In this document: positions 58,409 through 64,000 of the stretch, in pieces
How positions within the stretch are numbered: position 1 is the first letter of the stretch
Layout: each line of letters starts with the position of its first letter
Position numbers and translations under genes: made by a program
Assembly (NCBI GenBank): GCA_038078615.1
Contig: JBBTWT010000011.1
Location: forward strand, 7,480-71,479
Direction: 5' to 3'
Length of the DNA: 64,000 bases
From: Patescibacteria group bacterium
Lineage (GTDB): Bacteria > Patescibacteriota > Minisyncoccia > Moranbacterales > UBA1568
The notes under the pieces: model-generated
What the model was told of the DNA's origin: nothing
The model's database searches: none
Seen by the model: the letters and a program-made list of their open reading frames with translations, nothing else

Positions 58409-58870
58409 TTATCGAAAAGTTTTTTGTAATCTGGTCCTCCGTATCATCAGCCTGGAACAGAACTCGTGCTCCGTAAAGACTGTTTCTCTTGGGTCAGAGA
58501 CCCCAATGCTGTGCGTCAGCTCTTCATCACCTGTGGACAAAAGCGCTGCCTGGAAATCAGGATTTTCAAGCAAAGCATCAAAGAGCCTGTCGAGTAGATC
58601 TTGATACTCCTGAGAATGGCGATCGTACTTCTTGCCGTTCCACCAGAGCTTCTGATCCTTCTTCCATATTTCGTTTCTTTCTTGCCCCCGGGCTTTAGCC
58701 TCCCTCCCAGATAATCCGCAAATTTCTTTTTGCATTTCCGGGTCATCGAACTTGAACGATTGGATAGGTCCTTCTGCTCCTGCACATTCAACTCCGTCGA
58801 AGACGAATGGGTGCGCACTGAAGTTCGAAAGAATGCCTGCAGATCCAACAGCCTTGCTCTTGATATCCAT
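58409..58870 (-). CDS. NADAR-domain protein (YbiA/DUF1768 family).
   Basis: GILSNFSAHPFVFDGVECAGAEGPIQSFKF ... EAKARG is the NADAR core. Confidence 0.7.
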   Translation of the reverse strand: MDIKSKAVGSAGILSNFSAHPFVFDGVECAGAEGPIQSFKFDDPEMQKEICGLSGREAKARGQERNEIWKKDQKLWWNGKKYDRHSQEYQDLLDRLFDALLENPDFQAALLSTGDEELTHSIGVSDPRETVFTEHEFCSRLMIRRTRLQKTFR

Positions 58871-59054
58871 GGTTTACCTCGCCTGTTGTAAGGAACTGGA
58901 AGTAACTATTGTACTCCTTATTTTTAATTCTGTCCAGAGCGAAATGTATAGAATCGCTCTATATTGCCATTAAGCCTCCCGGCTGCAAGCAATCTCCCCA
59001 GAAAGATCCTTGCGGCAGGAGGCTCTCCCTTCTATGACATCGTGTGAAGAGGGG

Positions 59055-59207
59055 CGAAAACCTCCCTCCATCAAAGGTTCCGGGAACTTGAAATTTTTTT
59101 GAGCACGGTTCCTGATTCTTATCAGGATCAAAAAAATTTCATGAGCACAATCTCCGCTGGGAGATCGTGTGGGTCCCGGAAGCTTTCGGATGGAGGAGGG
59201 GTTTTCG
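59055..59207. repeat. Nested palindromic element of about 150 nt, MITE-like or a structured RNA.
   Basis: Outer imperfect arms CGAAAACC..TCCATC..TTCCGGGA / TCCCGGAA..GATGGA..GGTTTTCG. Inner 11-bp GAAATTTTTTT / AAAAAAATTTC. A central CCTGAT-TCTT-ATCAGG hairpin. Confidence 0.5.
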
Positions 59208-59245
59208 AAACAAAAAAATAGCCCCGTCTTAAAAATAGAGGGGCT
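59208..59245 (-). terminator. Intrinsic terminator of the downstream ABC-F gene.
   Basis: On the minus strand, AGCCCC-loop-GGGGCU is followed by AUUUUUUUGUUU. It sits 22 nt after the stop codon. Confidence 0.6.
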
Positions 59246-59266
59246 TATTAGCTATACATCTATATT

Positions 59267-60724
59267 TCAACTCAAAGACTCCAGATCTAGCACTTCATCA
59301 ATGCGGATCTGGGCGACGAAATCGGGGACATGACTGACCAAGATCATCGCGCCCTTGAATTTGTCCAATGCCTCCGCAATGACGGGAAGATGACGAAAAT
59401 TGATATGATTCGTCGGTTCATCGAGTATCAGGAGGTCCGGCTTCTCGGCATACAGTTGCGCGAACATAAGCAGCCCCTTCTGCCCTTCCGACAGGCTCTC
59501 CACCTTGTTCTGCATCAGATCCGCCGGAATGAGGAATTTCGCCCCGATGCGGTACGCCGCCTCATTGCTCTGTTCCGCCATGGCCGCAAGCAGCGTCTGC
59601 ATCACCGTGCTCTCGAAATCAAGCGTCGAAAAATCCTGACGGTAATACCCGACCTTCATACCGGGCGTGATGTGCGCGCGATCCTCATCGCCTGACGCCA
59701 GCGCCTCGAGAAACGTGCTCTTGCCGATACCGTTCGGCCCGGACACGAGCAGGTGCATATTCTTTTTCAGCACCATATCCACGCGTTTGATAGCCGGCCC
59801 GAGCTCCGTGAGCAGCTTCACTGTCTTGATAGTGACGATCGATCCGGTCGGCTCATTGCAGGGTATCTCGAATGCCGGCAGGGTCTTGTCTTCCTGGCGC
59901 ACGTCGACTTTGTTTTCCTCGAGTTCCTCCGCGAGATCGCGCATCCGCTTGGCGACGGCGCGCAGCTTGCCCCCCTTGTTCGCGAAGACGTTGGCCTGAT
60001 CTTTCTTCTCCTGGATCGTGCGCTCGAGACGCACGTTCTCGCTCTGCGCCTTGGCGATCCGCTTGGCGATCTCCTCCACCACATCATAGTAGTCGCCGAC
60101 GTACTGCTCGATCTTGTGCGTAAAAATATCGAGATAGAGCACTCCGTGCGTGAACGCGTTCAAAAATTCCGCGTCGTGGGAGATAACGATGCAGGTTTTC
60201 TCGTAATTGATGAGGAACTGCGTGAGATGCGCGATCCCCTCGTAGTCGAGGTTGTTGGTCGGCTCATCGAGGAGCAGGATATCCGGATTCTGGATGAGGG
60301 CTGACGCGAGCAGGAGGCGCGCCTGCTGTCCGCCGGAAAACTCCCTGATCTTTTTCGTAAGCGGCGGCAGAGGCAGATTCACCACTTCCAATACCTCCTT
60401 GATATGCATCTCAAGCTCCCATGCCTTGCCTCTGAAAAACTGCGCGAAGAATTCCGCAAGCGAGAGCTCCAGCTGGTCGCGAGGGATGACTTGACGCCCG
60501 AGAGCCACCGTCGCATCGCGGTCGAGAGAGACGCGTCCGCTCTGCGGTTTCTCTTCGCCGGTGATGAGCTTGAACAGCGAGCTTTTGCCCGCGCCGTTCT
60601 GCCCCATGAGCGTTACCTTCGATCCGGCACGCATCGAAAAACTCACCTCATCGAGGATTGGTTTCTTGTGCCCGTATTCGAAGGACACGTTATCGAATCG
60701 CAATACTATATTGTCTTTTGCCAT
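59267..60724 (-). CDS. ABC-F family ATPase (second paralog, 485 aa).
   Basis: Two ABC cassettes (GQNGAGKSS; GPNGIGKST; signatures FSGGQQARLLLA and LSEGQKGLLMFA) and no TM domain. Confidence 0.8.
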   Translation of the reverse strand: MAKDNIVLRFDNVSFEYGHKKPILDEVSFSMRAGSKVTLMGQNGAGKSSLFKLITGEEKPQSGRVSLDRDATVALGRQVIPRDQLELSLAEFFAQFFRGKAWELEMHIKEVLEVVNLPLPPLTKKIREFSGGQQARLLLASALIQNPDILLLDEPTNNLDYEGIAHLTQFLINYEKTCIVISHDAEFLNAFTHGVLYLDIFTHKIEQYVGDYYDVVEEIAKRIAKAQSENVRLERTIQEKKDQANVFANKGGKLRAVAKRMRDLAEELEENKVDVRQEDKTLPAFEIPCNEPTGSIVTIKTVKLLTELGPAIKRVDMVLKKNMHLLVSGPNGIGKSTFLEALASGDEDRAHITPGMKVGYYRQDFSTLDFESTVMQTLLAAMAEQSNEAAYRIGAKFLIPADLMQNKVESLSEGQKGLLMFAQLYAEKPDLLILDEPTNHINFRHLPVIAEALDKFKGAMILVSHVPDFVAQIRIDEVLDLESLS

Positions 60725-61096
60725 AATTGTCTATGAGCGAAGTGAGTAGCTACAATTATGAGCATCCCGCTTCAATTCAATCATTCAACGTATGCTGGCT
60801 CTGACAAAGCCGCAAGGCATTTCCGCGCAACTCGCCCTCCATCAGCTCCTGCTAAGTTTGGAATTGTGGCGGGGAGCCATAATTGTCGTCAATGCTTCCC
60901 CGGTAAATAAAAAAGCCGCGAAACGGCAGAAGTATTGTGACACGGAATTCGAACGCATGCAAGCGGATGTAAAAAAAATACCACCCTCGGGACCGAGTTC
61001 TTCTTTTTTGCTTCAGGCGTCTTCGGTTTTTCCATATTCATAACATTTTTCCGCCATCCGGCGGACTTACTGTTTACACTCACTCTTTTAGTGTAT

Positions 61097-61105
61097 CCCC
61101 CCCCC
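61097..61105. repeat. Homopolymeric C9 tract, intergenic, about 260 nt upstream of the winged-helix gene.
   Basis: CCCCCCCCC read directly; preceded by a TACACT...AGTGTA hairpin. Confidence 0.6.
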
Positions 61106-61180
61106 GACGATCCCTGTCAAATAGGCAATTGCCACCCCCTCTCCAACCGATCATATTTTACCCGACACACCTCCAGCAGA

Positions 61181-61218
61181 AATCTTACTATTTATGCAAT
61201 TGCATAAATAGTAAGATT
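61181..61218. repeat. Perfect 38-bp palindrome AATCTTACTATTTATGCAATTGCATAAATAGTAAGATT (P1).
   Basis: Read directly. It lies about 145 nt upstream of the winged-helix gene start. Confidence 0.9.
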
Positions 61219-61361
61219 GTTGTAAAATATACTAGAGATCACTCAAATATATATGAAACACGATCAAAAAAACAAAAACTTGCTGGGCAGTGTCGGAAAC
61301 AAAATGGAGGCACTCATGCTTTCTGATAGCTTCTCGGCAACAGCAACCAAATTCCTACTTA

Positions 61362-61907
61362 ATGTTAGTCGCGATGGGTGGCATAATGTTCGTAGGAGCC
61401 ACACTCCCCGGACTTGTCAAAGGAATCGGCACTTTCAGCCGCAGCCACAAAAGTTATCGAAAAACAAGAATGAGATACTCGGAAAAACAGATTTCGAATT
61501 CTTTTGCATATCTGAAGAAAAAGCAGCTTATCAAGCTCGTACAAGAGAGTGGCGGCAAAATCACAGTACAGCTGACTAACCAAGGGGAAAAAAGATTGAC
61601 AAGCTATTCTTTGGATATGCTAAAAATCAAAAAACCAAAAAAGTGGGATGGAAAATGGCGCGTTCTGATGTTTGATATCCCTACACATCCAAAATCATAC
61701 AATAGCGCTCGCGATGCTCTGCGAAACAAGATAAAAGAACTGGGATTTTACCAGATTCAGAAAAGCGTGTGGGTATATCCTTATGAGTGTGAAGATGAGC
61801 TGCTGTTCGTGGCAGAAATGTTCAAAGTGCAGCGCTATATAGAAATTCTCACGGCAGACAGGATGTTGCATGAGAATGTGCTGAAGAAAAAATTCGCATT
61901 AGGCTAG
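61362..61907 (+). CDS. Hypothetical protein with an N-terminal winged-helix and a C-terminal Cas2/VapD-like (ferredoxin-fold) region. The start is placed at the ATG at 61362; the ORF track reports a GTG at 61290.
   Basis: FAYLKKKQLIKLVQESGGKITVQLTNQGEKRL is wHTH-like. KWRVLMFDIPTHPKSYNSARDALRNKIKELGFYQIQKSVWVYP follows the Cas2 pattern (VLVxYDI...R.KL...L...G.R.Q.SVF). AT-rich gene. Confidence 0.4.
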   Translation: MLVAMGGIMFVGATLPGLVKGIGTFSRSHKSYRKTRMRYSEKQISNSFAYLKKKQLIKLVQESGGKITVQLTNQGEKRLTSYSLDMLKIKKPKKWDGKWRVLMFDIPTHPKSYNSARDALRNKIKELGFYQIQKSVWVYPYECEDELLFVAEMFKVQRYIEILTADRMLHENVLKKKFALG

Positions 61908-61927
61908 ATAGAACAAACGACACCACA

Positions 61928-61961
61928 TCTTACTTTTTACGCAATTGCGTAAAAAGTAAGA
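61928..61961. repeat. Perfect 34-bp palindrome TCTTACTTTTTACGCAATTGCGTAAAAAGTAAGA (P2), related to P1.
   Basis: It has the same GCAATTGC centre as P1. The two arm differences relative to P1 occur on both arms, so each palindrome stays perfect. It lies between the convergent 3' ends of the winged-helix gene and the GT4 gene. Confidence 0.9.
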
Positions 61962-61965
61962 ATGT

Positions 61966-63081
61966 TCAGCGCTGGATATATTTTAACGTTTCGCGGGCGC
62001 AGCTGTCCCAAGAAAAATGCTGAAGTTGTTTCTGTCCTCTCTCAACAAGTTCCTTGCGGAGCGGCTCGTCATCCCACAGACGCTCCAGTTTCTCGGCGAT
62101 GTCAGGCACACTCTCGGCATGACAGTAGAGCGCCGCGCGTCCCCCTACCTCGCGCAGGCTCGAGTTGCTCGCCGCGAGCACCGGTATGCCGGAAGCAAAC
62201 GCTTCGAGTATCGGCAGTCCGAATCCCTCATAGAGCGACGGGAACGCAAACATCCGCGCTCCCTGATACAATGTGCGCAAGTCTTCGAATGTCACCCGGC
62301 CAGTCAGAATAATATCTTTTTTGTGTGCACTCTGCTCACGAGCGAGAAGAATCTCCTCCGCAAGCCACGCCTCTTCGCCCGCCAAGACCAACTTCATCTC
62401 CAGGGTGCTTTTTTTGGCGATATCGAATGCCTCGATCAATCGAGTGAGATTTTTTCTCGGTTGCAGAGCACCGACATACAAGCAATAGCTTTTAGCTTGT
62501 AATTTATAGCTTTTGAGCTTCTGAACCACTGCTTCTTGCGATAACCGAGTACCGAAGAACGCGCCGTCGAAACCATGATGAATGACTTTTATTTTTTCCT
62601 CCTTCAGCTGCGGAAAAAATTCCAAAAGATCATCCTTGGTAGACTGTGACACTGCGATCAGCTTCTCCGCTCTGCGCAAGGCCAGATCAAGCATAATATT
62701 CAATTTCAGCAGATGGCTTTTCGGAAACGTCTCCGGATAGCGCTTGAAGGCAAGGTCATGGATCGTCGCCGTCACCTCCGTCCCTCGCGGCACGAAAAAC
62801 GGCGCCGCCTGAATCGGCAGGAACAGTTTCTCCGGCTTCGCGCGAAAAAGCTCCCAGACGAATCTCGTCTGCATCCACGCGGACGGAAACGGGCATCCTT
62901 TCACCTGATAATTCGCAAATAGAGGAGGAGCGAGATCCGGATTGAACGTGCCGCGATGATACAAGAGAAATTCCGTCTTCGGATCAAGTGTCCCGAAGCG
63001 TTTCAGCAGTTCCTTCAGATACACCCGTGTCCCGTCGATCCGCTCTACATCCAGGTCGCTTGCTTGCACGGCTATTCGCAT
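61966..63081 (-). CDS. Glycosyltransferase family 4.
   Basis: C-terminal motif EGFGLPILEAFASGIPVLAASNSSLREV (E-x7-E). Confidence 0.75.
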   Translation of the reverse strand: MRIAVQASDLDVERIDGTRVYLKELLKRFGTLDPKTEFLLYHRGTFNPDLAPPLFANYQVKGCPFPSAWMQTRFVWELFRAKPEKLFLPIQAAPFFVPRGTEVTATIHDLAFKRYPETFPKSHLLKLNIMLDLALRRAEKLIAVSQSTKDDLLEFFPQLKEEKIKVIHHGFDGAFFGTRLSQEAVVQKLKSYKLQAKSYCLYVGALQPRKNLTRLIEAFDIAKKSTLEMKLVLAGEEAWLAEEILLAREQSAHKKDIILTGRVTFEDLRTLYQGARMFAFPSLYEGFGLPILEAFASGIPVLAASNSSLREVGGRAALYCHAESVPDIAEKLERLWDDEPLRKELVERGQKQLQHFSWDSCARETLKYIQR

Positions 63082-63093
63082 ATGTTTTCATAT

Positions 63094-64000
63094 TCATTCA
63101 AATATCACTTCCTGTCTCCCCCTTATTATTTCTCCTATCAGTATCCCTTCTTTGATGACATCCCTGGACACTACTACGAGACCAATACCACAATTGAAAG
63201 TACGCAACATCTCATGCTCTGAAACATTCCCTGTTTTCCGTATCGCATCAAATATGCGCGGCTGCTTCCACGAATTTCGCCTTATTTTCATTGCACAACC
63301 GGGGGGCAAGACACGCGGAGGATTTTCTACCAACCCTCCACCTGTAATATGGACAAGTCCGGCGATGTCATATGCGGCAAGGAGTTTTTGTATGATATTT
63401 ACATAGATCTTTGTCGGAGTGAGCAGCGTCTCTCCGAGCGTCAGAGCAAGCCCTGGGACTTTGGAACGTAAGATTTTCTTCGCCCTCTTCGGATTCTTGA
63501 AATCGATGCCGAACACTTTTCTCACCAGACTGTATCCGTTCGAGTGCACTCCCGAAGAAGGAAAGCCATACACCTTCATTCCCGGCTTGATGTGTTGTCC
63601 GAGAATAAGATCTCTTTTGGAGTCGCAAAACCCTACCGCAAATCCTGCCAGATCATACTCCTCTTTCGAATACATGTCCGGCATCTCGGCCATCTCACCG
63701 CCCAAAAGCGCCACTTCCGCCTCATGGCAGCCTCGGATAATGCCTGTCATGATCTGTTTTGTCCTTTCCGGAATCTGTTTCCCCATAGCGATATAATCCA
63801 GAAATAGCGCCGGTCTGATCCCTAGCACCGCGATATCATTGACACTCATAGCTACGAGATCGATCCCTACGGTAGCATGCTTGTTCATCAGGGAGGCCAC
63901 GATTAGCTTGGTACCGACACCATCAGTCGACGATGCGACTATCCTCCCGTCCTTGAGCTCGGCCACCCCGCCGAACGCTCCGATTTTCGTCAGAACCTTT
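63094..64000 (-). CDS. purM: Phosphoribosylformylglycinamidine cyclo-ligase (AIR synthetase), partial; the N-terminus lies beyond the window end.
   Basis: VASSTDGVGTKLIVA ... GLVHITGGGLVEN are PurM motifs. The frame stays open upstream of the reported Met to position 64000 (..KVLTKIGAFGGVAELKDG..). Confidence 0.85.
   Translation of the reverse strand, partial: KVLTKIGAFGGVAELKDGRIVASSTDGVGTKLIVASLMNKHATVGIDLVAMSVNDIAVLGIRPALFLDYIAMGKQIPERTKQIMTGIIRGCHEAEVALLGGEMAEMPDMYSKEEYDLAGFAVGFCDSKRDLILGQHIKPGMKVYGFPSSGVHSNGYSLVRKVFGIDFKNPKRAKKILRSKVPGLALTLGETLLTPTKIYVNIIQKLLAAYDIAGLVHITGGGLVENPPRVLPPGCAMKIRRNSWKQPRIFDAIRKTGNVSEHEMLRTFNCGIGLVVVSRDVIKEGILIGEIIRGRQEVIFE

Noticed and set aside
60725-61180. 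Possible tRNA or CRISPR array in the long intergenic region; also in other gaps.
   Set aside because: No cloverleaf-compatible T-arm or acceptor pairing was found, and no direct-repeat and spacer periodicity. Only isolated hairpins, a C9 tract and the palindrome P1.
61253-61579. 108-aa ORF in an alternative frame overlapping the start of the winged-helix gene.
   Set aside because: It has low complexity and no motifs. The overlapping frame carries the recognisable wHTH and Cas2-like similarity.

Overview
The window splits into four parts. (1) 1-25.3 kb is a minus-strand, tightly overlapping cell-surface glycan locus. It encodes a CDP-3,6-dideoxyhexose pathway: glucose-1-phosphate cytidylyltransferase, CDP-glucose 4,6-dehydratase, and an E1 3-dehydrase that keeps the [2Fe-2S] C-X57-C-X-C-X7-C motif and has His in place of the PLP lysine. 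It also encodes sugar-branching and tailoring enzymes (a TylC3-like NDP-hexose C-methyltransferase, an acetolactate-synthase-like ThDP enzyme reminiscent of YerE, a short-chain 4-ketoreductase, and methyltransferases), several GT2 and GT4 transferases, a B12-binding radical SAM enzyme with a ferredoxin, UDP-glucuronate decarboxylase, a Wzx-like flippase and a WbaP-like priming transferase. Composition by eye is biphasic: about 40% GC for 1-15.7 kb, about 55% GC from 15.9 kb onward. An AT-rich MazF/PemK-like toxin gene sits next to a duplicated fragment of a GT2 3' end and a promoter-to-terminator unit that would make a roughly 60-nt antisense sRNA. (2) 25.3-26.0 kb carries an unusually long (about 640 nt) RNase P RNA with two large insertions. 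(3) 26-48 kb is housekeeping: pheT, a SemiSWEET gene inserted between pheS and pheT, tsaC, tyrS, secDF, an ABC-F ATPase behind a highly structured leader, a NUDIX hydrolase, PBP1A, rnhA, a CDF transporter, recJ, asnB, a response regulator and dnaJ. SecD carries an embedded parvulin-like domain. (4) 48-64 kb is a second glycosylation region: an epimerase, two GT4, a membrane-anchored Clp/Hsp100-like AAA+ ATPase with a degenerate first ATPase domain, and a GT-C-like membrane protein. It also holds a NADAR gene, a nested-palindrome element, a second ABC-F, and a small AT-rich cassette encoding a winged-helix protein with a Cas2/VapD-like C-terminal domain, flanked by two covarying perfect palindromes; then a GT4 and partial purM. 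I found no CRISPR array and no tRNA. The two largest ORFs in the track (33213..36773 +, 51530..54508 +) are antisense artefacts.
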